Shown piece after piece: positions 45,207-54,797 of a DNA stretch of 64,000 bases. This DNA is from Anaerolineales bacterium. GTDB taxonomy: Bacteria; Chloroflexota; Anaerolineae; Anaerolineales; E44-bin32. The stretch spans positions 11,991 through 75,990 of the forward strand of contig JARGGH010000009.1 of assembly GCA_029210945.1 (NCBI GenBank). The letters are read 5' to 3'. The notes below the pieces were generated by a model. The model was not told where the DNA came from and searched no databases. It saw nothing but the letters and a program-made list of their open reading frames with translations. Within the stretch, counting starts at the first letter, position 1. Every line of letters starts with the position of its first letter. Made by a program: the position numbers and the translations under genes.

Positions 45207-46280
45207 TCAATGTTCGATGACCTCGACAATAGTCCCTCCAGGCATGCTCACGGTCACATCTCCGGGGTCATATGGGACGACCGGTTCGAGCCAGCGGAAG
45301 ATCCACTTGGCATCCTCTGGCCTGGCATTAACGCAGCCGCGTGAACGAGGCACGCCGAAATCGTTATGCCAGAATGTGGAATGGATCGCGACTCCATTAC
45401 CCACGAAGAGCGAGGTCCAGCCGACCCCGGGCAGATCCCAGCCCCCACCGGTCGTGCCCCCCACCATGTGGACCGAGATCAACTTGCGCCACACTGGGTG
45501 TGGTCCCGGAGGTGTAGCCCACTCCTCCGAGGGGTTGTCCTCGACATCGAACTTTACGCCTGTCGAGACCCTGCAGTAATAAACTTCACGCTGCCCCTCG
45601 AAACAGGAAAGCGACTGGCGGCCTATGTTCACGATGACACGTTTCTCCTCCGCTTCTGGACGGATCGGTGCGACATCGTCAACGCTGAGGGGCCGAAATC
45701 CAGTTGCGTCCGCCCATAATCGGTCGCCGAACCCGAAACGTTCGTTGATCCGGTAGTACACGTTTCCCTCACCGTCGTCTTTAACCTGGTCAATCCACAC
45801 GACCTGGCTGTAGTAGAGGCGGGGGTTCGCTGTGTTCGCCAACCAGGGCGCCCGTGCCGGGGGATTCTCCAGCGTAACATTCACCCAGGGGATCGTGACT
45901 TCCGCCCATATCCCCTTTCCCAGGGAGCTATCTGGCAAATTGGGTAGTGCCTGATTGGGCTTATTCGCCACAGGTTGGAGCGCAGGCGCATACACATAGC
46001 CCCCGTCCGTCTCGACCCAGCGTTGATTAATACGATAAGGGTGAACGCCGACAACCTCTCGGTACCAGGGTATGACGTCATCCTGAACGAGTGTGCCAGC
46101 CGATGGGCTTTCAACATCCGGGCTCGCTCTTAAGTTGAGCCTGTTTTCAACGACGCGTGCCAAACGCCGGGTTTCCTGAACCTGCAAGTGGCGTGGCAGC
46201 CCTCCAGACGATTCAAGGAGGGTGCCGGCGATTCCGAAAGCATTCAGTTTAAGAAAGTCCCTTCGGGTTATGCGATCCAT
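45207..46280 (-). CDS. L,D-transpeptidase (YkuD) with Tat signal
   Basis: MDRITRRDFLKLNAFGIAG. Catalytic block: AIHSTFWHNDFGVPRSRGCVNARPEDAKWIF. Confidence 0.88.
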   Translation of the reverse strand: MDRITRRDFLKLNAFGIAGTLLESSGGLPRHLQVQETRRLARVVENRLNLRASPDVESPSAGTLVQDDVIPWYREVVGVHPYRINQRWVETDGGYVYAPALQPVANKPNQALPNLPDSSLGKGIWAEVTIPWVNVTLENPPARAPWLANTANPRLYYSQVVWIDQVKDDGEGNVYYRINERFGFGDRLWADATGFRPLSVDDVAPIRPEAEEKRVIVNIGRQSLSCFEGQREVYYCRVSTGVKFDVEDNPSEEWATPPGPHPVWRKLISVHMVGGTTGGGWDLPGVGWTSLFVGNGVAIHSTFWHNDFGVPRSRGCVNARPEDAKWIFRWLEPVVPYDPGDVTVSMPGGTIVEVIEH

Positions 46281-46551
46281 TCAATGCCCGCCAATCACCA
46301 CTATATTCCCGTGTTGGAATAAAAGGATATCAGAGAGCAGCCATGCATTGCATACGCCAAATTGCCCATCAACACTTAACAACAGGTCAGAAAGTCAGGC
46401 TTGAGAATCGAGTCTGGTGGATCATGGAGCGTCAATCGAGATAGGAAAAAATCACCTAAGAAGAATTCCCTTACAGGCTTGGATGTCTTCCGGCAATGGT
46501 TGAAGAACAGGCAAAATTGCGGGTCATTACTCCTCGGCTCTCTCTCCTATA

Positions 46552-47757
46552 ATGATTCAAGATCCTTGGAGTGGGAGAACGAGGCCTGTGGAATCTAAAC
46601 GTTTACAATCTCTAACCGGGCTGGTGGTGAGTTTAGGGCTGGGTATTGCAGCCGCTATTGTTTCCTGGGTCAGCGGATATGCAAACCCAATTAAACAACC
46701 CATTGGGGAGCTGTTGTGCCCCAGGGACTTCATGTTCAGGTTCCCTGCGAAATGCGCATATCCTTCATCAGATGAATATCCCTCGCGGCAAAACTCTTCA
46801 TCGCTTTATTTATACGAGAGCCCACTTCCTCTGGAGCCTAAAGATCCCACACTGCGCTACTTTCCGTTCAATTACCTGCGTGTTGGCAGCAAGAGGGTCG
46901 GCATTTACGAATCACAAGAAGCTGCGAAGCGCGGTGGTGGCGCAGGAAGCAGCACCCCTCCGGGTTTTGTTTATTTGTCCTATCGCGATGGTGCGCGGTA
47001 CGAGGATCAAAACACGGTTGTGTACGCAACTGAGCGCGGCTATGTGCGCGGCGATAACGTTTCACGTCTTTCGCCCTCACCTTTCCAGGGAGTGGCATTC
47101 AAACAAACCCCGGCGCGGCCATTTGGCTGGGTAATTTCTGGGGGAAGTTGTCCTGTTCGCACGCCCGATGGAGAACGCGATGAATCCGCCCCCTGCCTTA
47201 CCCGCTATGAAATCATACAGGTTTACGACCAACGGCACGTGGATGACATCACATGGTACTTGATCGGCCCAAATCGCTGGCTGCCGAAGGAATCCCTATC
47301 CATCGTCGATCCTGATCCATCCAGACCAGAAGGTGTTGAAAGTGACCGCTGGATCTCAGTAAATCTCGAGCAGCAGAACGTCGCAGGTTACGATTCAGGC
47401 GAATTGGTTTACGCCACATTAAGCTCCACGGGGCGAGACGGTACGTGGACACAGCCCGGTGCATTTCAGGTCTGGGCCAGGCTCGAGCGTGACGACATGA
47501 GCGGCGGGGTCGACGAGGGTTATTATGCCCTCGATGACGTTCCTTGGGTGTTGTACTTCGATCAAGCGCGCGCGCTGCACGGGACGTACTGGCACGACCG
47601 CTTCGGAACGCCCCAATCGCGAGGTTGCGTCAATCTCTCCATTGCAGACGCACGCTGGTTCTTCAATTTTGCGCAGGAGGGGAGCTGGGTGTATGTCTGG
47701 GACCCATCTGGAGAAACGCCCACGGATCCTACCCTCTATACGGCCGGGGGTGCCTGA
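46552..47757 (+). CDS. L,D-transpeptidase (YkuD), membrane-anchored
   Basis: ALHGTYWHDRFGTPQSRGCVNLSIADARWFF. The start is probably downstream of 46552, because a TATAAT box overlaps the listed start. Confidence 0.85.
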   Translation: MIQDPWSGRTRPVESKRLQSLTGLVVSLGLGIAAAIVSWVSGYANPIKQPIGELLCPRDFMFRFPAKCAYPSSDEYPSRQNSSSLYLYESPLPLEPKDPTLRYFPFNYLRVGSKRVGIYESQEAAKRGGGAGSSTPPGFVYLSYRDGARYEDQNTVVYATERGYVRGDNVSRLSPSPFQGVAFKQTPARPFGWVISGGSCPVRTPDGERDESAPCLTRYEIIQVYDQRHVDDITWYLIGPNRWLPKESLSIVDPDPSRPEGVESDRWISVNLEQQNVAGYDSGELVYATLSSTGRDGTWTQPGAFQVWARLERDDMSGGVDEGYYALDDVPWVLYFDQARALHGTYWHDRFGTPQSRGCVNLSIADARWFFNFAQEGSWVYVWDPSGETPTDPTLYTAGGA

Positions 47758-47787
47758 TGAAAGGTTTCCTCGAAACTAACGTCAACC

Positions 47788-48717
47788 TTGCATGGAGCGC
47801 CTCGCATTATGGATGATAGGAGGACCGGGGAAGAGCTCTCCATCGTTGAGTTGAAGGCGCTTCTCAAGCGCAAGAAGTTAGAGGCCCAAAGAGAGAGGCT
47901 CCTGCATTTTGAAAAGCAGGGTCGGATTGTACACAATGACTGTTCTAGGCCAGGTTGGAGGTCTTCCGGAGTGACTCCGGAAAGGGATCAGCTGCAAAGC
48001 TATCCTGCTACCGCTCCCGCCGACAGCTCGCGTCTAAGGCATACCGCTGGGCGCATTTTGTCCTTGCTTGAAATATCTGCAGTCCTCTTTTTCGTCTTTA
48101 TCTTCATCAGCGGTATGGTCTCCTTTCGAAAGCTCAATTCGATCTCGCTTACGAACTTCTCGGCGCTTTCAGCCTCACCCACCCCTCTCATCCGCGCCGT
48201 CGTGCTGCCTTCAGGGCATACACCGCCTACGTCGCCAGGTGGTGCCCGCTTCAACGAGGAAGAGATCCCGCAACATCTGCGGCCAGTGGCGCAATCCTAC
48301 GCATCCGTAGCCATCCCGACGCCCGGTCCCGAACAAGCCCGCAGTATCTTCATTCCAGCGCTCTGGGATGTCCCTGCTCCTGTCGTGCAGGGTGACGGAT
48401 GGGAACAGCTCAAGAGAGGCGTCGCCCAGCATCTTGGAACCGCCAACCCGGGCGAAAGAGGCAATCTGGTCCTCTCTGCCCACAACGACATCTACGGTGA
48501 GCTCTTCCGTGATCTTGACCAATTGCAGCCAGGCGATGAGATCCGGGTTTATACGGTGAGTGGGGAGTATCTCTACCGCGTAACGGGGACTCTCATTATC
48601 GAACCCACCGAGGTCTCGGTCATGGATCCTACGGAAAAACCCACCATTACCCTAATATCCTGTTACCCCTATCTGGTCGATACGGAACGAATCATCATCA
48701 CAGGAGATCTGACCTAA
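47788..48717 (+). CDS. sortase family transpeptidase
   Basis: TM anchor, NLVLSAHNDIYGELFRDLDQLQPGDEI (catalytic His), and ITLISCYPY (TL-x-x-C). Confidence 0.8.
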   Translation: MHGAPRIMDDRRTGEELSIVELKALLKRKKLEAQRERLLHFEKQGRIVHNDCSRPGWRSSGVTPERDQLQSYPATAPADSSRLRHTAGRILSLLEISAVLFFVFIFISGMVSFRKLNSISLTNFSALSASPTPLIRAVVLPSGHTPPTSPGGARFNEEEIPQHLRPVAQSYASVAIPTPGPEQARSIFIPALWDVPAPVVQGDGWEQLKRGVAQHLGTANPGERGNLVLSAHNDIYGELFRDLDQLQPGDEIRVYTVSGEYLYRVTGTLIIEPTEVSVMDPTEKPTITLISCYPYLVDTERIIITGDLT

Positions 48718-48808
48718 GCGCGCAAGTTTCCGTTTTCCGGGTCGAGGTCTAAAACCCGAGAGGCCCATCCAAGCGGGGGGAAACCGCCCCGAACAAAGGC
48801 ACTCACTG

Positions 48809-49651
48809 TCACTTCTCGAAAATATAGGTGGGCTCTTCATAATAGCGCCCTTGATGTATGTTGATGCTCTCCAACCACCAGGTCTTAAAATGGTCCGACC
48901 GGTCACCCAGAGTCCCTTCGCTTCTCAGAAATTCGAGCGGAAGATTTACCTGCAGCACCCGCACCGAAAGCACAACTCGTGTTGTCCCAGCCGGCAGTCG
49001 CATCCCTCTCGCCACTAATTCTCGGATCTCCTCCAACTTCAACGGTGTGATCTGGATCCACCCAGCCATCCCGTCGTACGTCTTGGGCGGTTGATTGTGA
49101 TCTGTGATTGGGATGCGCTCAACAGAACCAACCAGCTTGCAAGCATTAAAAAGCACATGTAGGCCTTCTACCCGACGATTTAAATCCCACAAACGTGGCC
49201 TGATGTCCAAGTTCTTCCTGTCTGGGAGATATAGGCGCGCGAGCAATGGAGATCCTGATTGATCGTTCAGCATTCGGTCGTGTGATCTCAAGTCAAGTTT
49301 GTTTTTCAAGTTTGTGCGTATGACATCATAGAGTTGGGCTGGAGCACATTCGGTAATGGCATGCGCCCATGTCCCAAACCTTGAAACATCTCGATCAGGA
49401 TGGGCAACTTGGATCATCACAGACGAACAGCCCATCATCCTCAACGCCATGCAGCGGTGTGCTCCATCGAGGACGACATAGTTCTTATCGTTATGGAGCG
49501 GCATCGCAATGACCGGATTCAACAGCAATGGATGCGTTTGCATGGTCTGAAAGATCTCTTTGGCACGCCGCTCAACAATCTCCTCATGGAAATAGACTCT
49601 CTCCAGAGGGACGATGGTCATCTCGGGAAAATACGGATGGCTAACCTTCAT
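48809..49651 (-). CDS. ParB/sulfiredoxin-fold domain protein (possible serine-kinase-like)
   Basis: IVPLERVYFHEEIVERRAKEI...NPVIAMPL...YVVLDGAHRCMALRMMG is the generic ParB/Srx N-terminal signature. It overlaps the upstream PLP enzyme gene by 11 nt. Confidence 0.6.
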   Translation of the reverse strand: MKVSHPYFPEMTIVPLERVYFHEEIVERRAKEIFQTMQTHPLLLNPVIAMPLHNDKNYVVLDGAHRCMALRMMGCSSVMIQVAHPDRDVSRFGTWAHAITECAPAQLYDVIRTNLKNKLDLRSHDRMLNDQSGSPLLARLYLPDRKNLDIRPRLWDLNRRVEGLHVLFNACKLVGSVERIPITDHNQPPKTYDGMAGWIQITPLKLEEIRELVARGMRLPAGTTRVVLSVRVLQVNLPLEFLRSEGTLGDRSDHFKTWWLESINIHQGRYYEEPTYIFEK

Positions 49652-51074
49652 CGGGACCTCTCGACATCACAAATTCAAGACCGTCGATCAAGGTGAGAAT
49701 GTCGACAGGGCAACCATCGTTATCGACCAGTAAAATTGCTTCCCTCTCAAGAAGCTCTGGAAGGACATCTTCAAATGCATCCTCGGCACATACGGTCGCC
49801 ACGTTCTCTGTTACCAGTTCTGCAATCGTCTCATCCGTCATGTGTTTGTGTCCTCCATACAGCAGATGATTGAGTAAACTCACCTCGGAGACCATTCCCA
49901 GAAGTTCCCCGTCCTTGCCGATCACTGGAAGTTGAGATATCCCATACTCACGCATCATTGCGATCACATCAGACTGCAGGTCCTGGTAACTGGCCGTGAT
50001 TAAAGCCCTTGACCCTCTTGTTTTGGCGACTTCCAACACCGAAGGACGCCGCTGTTTGATCGGCAGGAAGCCGTGCTCCCGCATCCAGTCGTCATCGTAC
50101 AATTTGGTCAGGTACCTCGACCCGCTATCCGGGAAGACCACAACCACCAATCGTTCTGGTCCATACTCGCAGGCCGCTTTGACGGCGCCCGCAAGTGCTG
50201 ATCCTGACGATCCTCCACAAAAGATTCCCTCCTCTCGGACCAGACGCCGAGCCCATTGAAACGATTCGAAATCATCCACCTGGACGACCTGGTCCACGAG
50301 ACTCAAATCTAGAGTAGATGGGATGAAATCTTCGCCAATCCCCTCTACTTTATAGGTATGCGCCTGCAAGCTATCCGCAATGCCTCCCCGTTGCCATGCG
50401 TCGAATAAAAGAGAACCTACTGGATCCACGCCAATCATGCGCACGGGATGGTCGTTTTCTCGCATATAACGCCCTATACCGCTGATCGTACCGCCCGTTC
50501 CTATTCCCACGACGATGTCTGTTACCCTTCCGGCCGTCTGTTCCCAGATTTCTGGACCGGTCGTCAGGTAGTGACTCTCGGGGTTATGCGGATTGTGATA
50601 CTGATTAGCGAGGATCGCATTGGGGGTATCCGCTACGATTTGCCTGGCTACAGAATAATAGGAGCGGGGGTCCTCGGGCGGAACCGACGTCGGCGTAATG
50701 ACGACTCGTGCCCCATATGCCCGCAGCAAGCGCACTTTATCCTCGCTCATCTTGTCTGGCATCACAAAGATGGCATGATAGCCTTTCATCGCACAGGCTA
50801 GAGCTAAACCAACACCTGTGTTGCCCGAGGTCGCTTCAACAACGGTTCCTCCGGGCTTCAGAGTTCCGTCCCGTTCATAGGCTTCCAGCATCGGGAAGGC
50901 AATGCGGTCCTTAACGGATCCGCCGGGGTTGAACATCTCAAGTTTCGCATATACTTCACAATTAAGATCCTGTGTCACTTGATTCAACCGCACGAGCGGC
51001 GTATTCCCGATCGTTCCTGCGAGATCCTCATAAACACGGGATTCTGTCCTATTAAACTCGTCTAAAACTTTCAT
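49641..51074 (-). CDS. PLP-dependent cysteine synthase/cystathionine beta-synthase family enzyme with a C-terminal CBS pair
   Basis: IGNTPLVRL, NPGGSVKDR (PLP Lys), TSGNTGVGLA, GIGTGGTISG, then a tandem CBS-domain region. Confidence 0.9.
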   Translation of the reverse strand: MKVLDEFNRTESRVYEDLAGTIGNTPLVRLNQVTQDLNCEVYAKLEMFNPGGSVKDRIAFPMLEAYERDGTLKPGGTVVEATSGNTGVGLALACAMKGYHAIFVMPDKMSEDKVRLLRAYGARVVITPTSVPPEDPRSYYSVARQIVADTPNAILANQYHNPHNPESHYLTTGPEIWEQTAGRVTDIVVGIGTGGTISGIGRYMRENDHPVRMIGVDPVGSLLFDAWQRGGIADSLQAHTYKVEGIGEDFIPSTLDLSLVDQVVQVDDFESFQWARRLVREEGIFCGGSSGSALAGAVKAACEYGPERLVVVVFPDSGSRYLTKLYDDDWMREHGFLPIKQRRPSVLEVAKTRGSRALITASYQDLQSDVIAMMREYGISQLPVIGKDGELLGMVSEVSLLNHLLYGGHKHMTDETIAELVTENVATVCAEDAFEDVLPELLEREAILLVDNDGCPVDILTLIDGLEFVMSRGPDEG

Positions 51075-51300
51075 CCTTGCGTTCCTCCATCAAGGGCATG
51101 GATACAGCTTCGAACAACACAACTCCGTGGACGATCTCATGATTCTTGCGGAGCGGCCGTTTCAGAAAAGTCTGCACTTCCTCTATCCTCTTGCTGACAC
51201 CACATGGATGCGCAAGAAGGCTGCGTGTTGTCTCCTTCGATTTTCAATAATCTTGGCGTCTTCGTAATGAAGATCTAAATAATCCGTGGACGCGGGTGGA

Positions 51301-51326
51301 GGATATTTACCTGATTGTAAATATCC
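51301..51326. repeat. perfect 10-bp A/T-rich inverted repeat in a 474-bp intergenic region
   Basis: GGATATTTAC (51301-51310), CTGATT, GTAAATATCC (51317-51326). It is followed by a second small hairpin, CCGCT-AAAGAC-AGCGG (51331-51346). Confidence 0.5.
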
Positions 51327-51548
51327 TAACCCGCTAAAGACAGCGGCAGTTTGAGGGGGATACTCCAACCACGTGTCCCGTACCACAGCGTTTTGCTCGG
51401 CGGGGACCTGTCGGGTGGAACGAGGTAGGGTTCCTGTCGGTTTTCATCGTTCCCAGCATAGAATAATTTTACTAAAGACGTCAATCCGCAAAACGGCGTA
51501 TTCGCTCCGATGTCTTGCATCACAAAGCGGAATACTCAAAGCGGTTGG

Positions 51549-52061
51549 CTACTTACTGTGCATTCCCTTCATGGCATTACCCATCTCGCCACATAGCATG
51601 GCATTCTTGGTTGGCTGCAGCTTGCTGATGAGCATGGGTTTATATGGCGTGTCGTTCATCTCGCGGGCCATCCTGCACTGGAAAACAATATCATCTCCAG
51701 ATTTGAACGGAAATTCCTGGCTCCCAAGGTGAAAGATCCCGTCTCGGGTACACCGGTAAACCGTCGGAAAAGGGCTCGCGTACCAGTAGGACCCTTTATC
51801 TTCGACCGCACCAAGCCTCAACAGTCTTTGGATCTCGTGCTTGTACAGTAGCTCCTCCTCGAGCCAACCCTCCCCGCGCATAACCTCGAAGCGGATGTCC
51901 CACTCCAGGTCTCGAAGTCTGCCCTCTCTTTCATACCGATCTCTCGCATCTGGGTCAGTGAATGCCCACACATCCTCTGGATCGGTCTCGGGGCCATCAG
52001 GTATAGTGTCGGCGCGAGAGACATATTCGGACGTTCCAAACAACGATTTCAGGATATCCAT
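51549..52061 (-). CDS. hypothetical protein, tandem paralogue A (unknown family)
   Basis: ATG at 52061 after GGAAGGAG. It shares EDVW-x-TDP-x-AR-x-RYE-x-EG...DIR-x-EVMRG-x-GW...LCGEM-x-NAM-x-G with 52121..52675. Confidence 0.6.
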   Translation of the reverse strand: MDILKSLFGTSEYVSRADTIPDGPETDPEDVWAFTDPDARDRYEREGRLRDLEWDIRFEVMRGEGWLEEELLYKHEIQRLLRLGAVEDKGSYWYASPFPTVYRCTRDGIFHLGSQEFPFKSGDDIVFQCRMAREMNDTPYKPMLISKLQPTKNAMLCGEMGNAMKGMHSK

Positions 52062-52120
52062 ATCAATCTCCTTCCCCTTGTAAACCGAAACAACCTTGCT
52101 CTCTAAAGCCACAAATGCCG

Positions 52121-52675
52121 CTACGTAGATGAGGGCATGCGACCCTGCATCGCATTGACCATCTCCCCGCAAAGGCGCTGCGTCGTCTCGTCCTGCAAAT
52201 CACCTATCAGCACTGGCGAGTTAAGGCCAAAACGATCACGTGTCATCGGGCACGCCCAAACGATCTCCTCATCACGATGGAATGTGCACAGCGACTCACC
52301 GAGGCGGAGTACGCCATCTTGCATTGCTACGTAGATCGGCGGATGTGGGCTGACTGCCCAGAAAGAAGCGGCTTTCCGGACGATACCTTCTCTCTCCAAT
52401 TTTTGCACCTCTGCTACATACGCTCGGTCACGATCCGACCAGCCCTGACCTCGCATGACCTCATAACGTATATCGTGCTCCAGCCCCCCGAGGTTTCCCT
52501 CAAACTCATATCGGGCGCGAGCAACCGGATCGGTCATGAGCCACACATCTTCGAGCGCTGTGGCCGCCGGCAGGAACGTGCTTCCGCAGTAGGAGCAGGT
52601 CACCGTCTTTCCATAGGTTCCATCCCATTCGACGGTAGCCCCACAATTGCTGCAGACTACCTCTTGTAATTGCAC
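52121..52675 (-). CDS. hypothetical protein, tandem paralogue B with an N-terminal zinc ribbon
   Basis: GTG at 52675 after AAGGAG. CSNCGATVEWDGTYGKTVTCSYCGS, then the same conserved blocks as paralogue A. Confidence 0.6.
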   Translation of the reverse strand: MQLQEVVCSNCGATVEWDGTYGKTVTCSYCGSTFLPAATALEDVWLMTDPVARARYEFEGNLGGLEHDIRYEVMRGQGWSDRDRAYVAEVQKLEREGIVRKAASFWAVSPHPPIYVAMQDGVLRLGESLCTFHRDEEIVWACPMTRDRFGLNSPVLIGDLQDETTQRLCGEMVNAMQGRMPSST

Positions 52676-52791
52676 ATGGACTCCTTATTCCCATCGCGAA
52701 GGGAACGCTAGATAGGCTCTTTGAAGTTCTCCAATCCCCAGTCTAGGTCCCCAATGATGTAAGACCCAGAGGATGTATTACGAAAAGTCGC

Positions 52792-53259
52792 TCATGTACG
52801 CTCATTCTGCTGCCCTGACCGATCAACCTCGAGGGTATATTTGCAAACCGGATCCCCTTTCGACAATGTGCAGGGAATCTCATACTGGAAACCGATGTCT
52901 GGTGCATACGCATTGAACGCGGCGACTCCCATGGCTACACCTAATCGAGTGCAGAACTGAGGAATGGCTTTCAGCCGCTCGGCATGTGGGCACGAAGTAA
53001 TCTCCTTCACTGCCCATCCCGGACCCCTCTCAATCCACTTGCCTTGCACAGATATCAGCCCGTCGGCCCAATCGACGATGCTCATCATGCCCCCGATAGG
53101 ATCGCTTCCCGGAGGAACGCGGAAGCGCTTAAGTTTACCGACCAACGATCCCGAACGACTGATCAGCCCGTCCCAGAATCGCCATGCGTCATCGCCGGCG
53201 AGGCGGACAGATGCTTTCATCATGGGGATCAGGATTGCTCGAAAACTCCAATTCAGCAT
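52792..53259 (-). CDS. hypothetical Cys-containing protein (V4R or ATC-hydrolase-like C-terminus)
   Basis: ITSCPHAERLKAIPQFCTRLGVAMGVAAFNAYAPDIGFQYEIPCTLSKGDPVCKYTLEV resembles the Cys-rich C-terminal pattern of those families. This is a weak assignment from memory. Confidence 0.4.
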   Translation of the reverse strand: MLNWSFRAILIPMMKASVRLAGDDAWRFWDGLISRSGSLVGKLKRFRVPPGSDPIGGMMSIVDWADGLISVQGKWIERGPGWAVKEITSCPHAERLKAIPQFCTRLGVAMGVAAFNAYAPDIGFQYEIPCTLSKGDPVCKYTLEVDRSGQQNERT

Positions 53260-53383
53260 GTCTTTATGCGCTCAACTCTCATGGATTCAGACATCCGCTT
53301 CCATGGATCCCGGCACAAGGTATGCTGTGCCTCTCAAAGAGCGAAAAACCGGGCACACCCATAGTTCACGAAACACCCTGTTC

Positions 53384-54445
53384 TCATGCCGGACCTATCT
53401 CCCAAGGATCTGTCAATCCCCAGTAGGTTTCGAATAGCCAGGGGCGCCAGCGCTCCTGGCTTAGCGTCCCAGCAATCCATTCAACGACCCGGACGGGCAA
53501 GCGCGTAAGAATGACTTGTGCTGCTGTAAAGACGTTAAAGAACTTCCTGCGGGATCGTACAAAATCCGAATACTCCCCCAAGCACTCATCGAGAGTAAGC
53601 CCGTTCTCAAGGCCTCGCCGGATGATTCGCCCACATGCCTCTCCGAAAAACATTGCCGGACGAATTCCCTCACCAGTCAGGGCGATGCACATCCCTGCAG
53701 CATCGCCTACTGTGAACACGTTTTCTACGATAGGATCTGAAAGCCGGTAGGGGAAGTAAGTGCCGTGGACGCCCGTGGGTTTGCCGCCCAGCCGGCCCGT
53801 CATCCGCGAGATGGGCTCATGGAGCGCTCTAGAACGGCCATACGAGCCCACGCCGACACTGACCACACCGTCTCGGGGAAATGCCCACCCTACCCCACCA
53901 GGGAGAATCTCTCGGTCATACCAGAAGTGCAGCGCGCTGCGGTCAATGCCCGAAACCTGGGCCGTTGGAAGCATACACTCCATGCCAAAATTCAAACCCA
54001 TAGGAGCTCTAGGTTCTTCCCTTTTTACCCCCGTGGAGAGAGCCCCCCTCCAACCCGTAGCGTCGATGATGAATTTACCCTTGTAGCTCCCGCGCGAGGT
54101 CATCACACGATTGCCATCGACCCCTTTGACAGTGGTTTCAATGAAATCTACTGAGGTCCGGTCATACATCGAATTGCACAAGACTTCATAATCAAATGTG
54201 CACCATGGGTAGGGGCTTGGAAAGGAAAAAGCCGCGCCCGGGGTGTGGAGTATGAGTCGGTCGTGAATCTGCAGGACCGCATCCTGCAAACCCCAGTACT
54301 CGATCAGAGGAAAGGTCGTCCCGCACGCCGATGTCTGGCCGGTGCCAAGAGGTTTCCGGTCCAAGAGCAGCACGCGGTAGCCATTAAGCTGACTGGCCAC
54401 AGCCAATCCAGCAAAGCTAGCGCCGGCGATGATGACGTCATACAT
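53384..54445 (-). CDS. FAD-dependent oxidoreductase, geranylgeranyl-reductase-like
   Basis: MYDVIIAGASFAGLAVASQL dinucleotide-binding motif and FTVGDAAGM later in the protein. Confidence 0.8.
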   Translation of the reverse strand: MYDVIIAGASFAGLAVASQLNGYRVLLLDRKPLGTGQTSACGTTFPLIEYWGLQDAVLQIHDRLILHTPGAAFSFPSPYPWCTFDYEVLCNSMYDRTSVDFIETTVKGVDGNRVMTSRGSYKGKFIIDATGWRGALSTGVKREEPRAPMGLNFGMECMLPTAQVSGIDRSALHFWYDREILPGGVGWAFPRDGVVSVGVGSYGRSRALHEPISRMTGRLGGKPTGVHGTYFPYRLSDPIVENVFTVGDAAGMCIALTGEGIRPAMFFGEACGRIIRRGLENGLTLDECLGEYSDFVRSRRKFFNVFTAAQVILTRLPVRVVEWIAGTLSQERWRPWLFETYWGLTDPWEIGPA

Positions 54446-54506
54446 CTTTATACCGCCTGCGATTCCATGGGCGAGCCTTCAGATGGGCTCGCCCATGGAA
54501 ATGCGG

Positions 54507-54785
54507 TCACACTCCTTCATTTTGCGCCTCTGATCGGCGGAAAAAGTAATTGTACGGAAGGACGAATACGAGGGGGATATAGATGCTGTAAAGGATCAAC
54601 CACACCAGGCCGATCAGGAAACCCCCGGCTGTCAGCGGCCAGGTGAAGCCTGGCAGCAGAGGCGTCCAGACCTCGTACATCGTCCACCCCAACAACAAGT
54701 CCCCGGCGATGCAAATCACGTAGCTGACGGTCAGCGCAACTAGAGTTCCAAAGACAGATGCTTTGAAATTGAGCGTTTTCATCAT
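54507..54785 (-). CDS. DUF5676-like small membrane protein downstream of copA
   Basis: LNFKASVFGTLVALTVSYVICIAGDLLLGWTMYEVWTPLLPGFTWPLTAGGFLIGLVWLILYSIYIPLVFVLPYNYF. It is a paralogue of 35311..35577. Confidence 0.55.
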   Translation of the reverse strand: MMKTLNFKASVFGTLVALTVSYVICIAGDLLLGWTMYEVWTPLLPGFTWPLTAGGFLIGLVWLILYSIYIPLVFVLPYNYFFRRSEAQNEGV

Positions 54786-54797
54786 TTGCTCCTTTGC

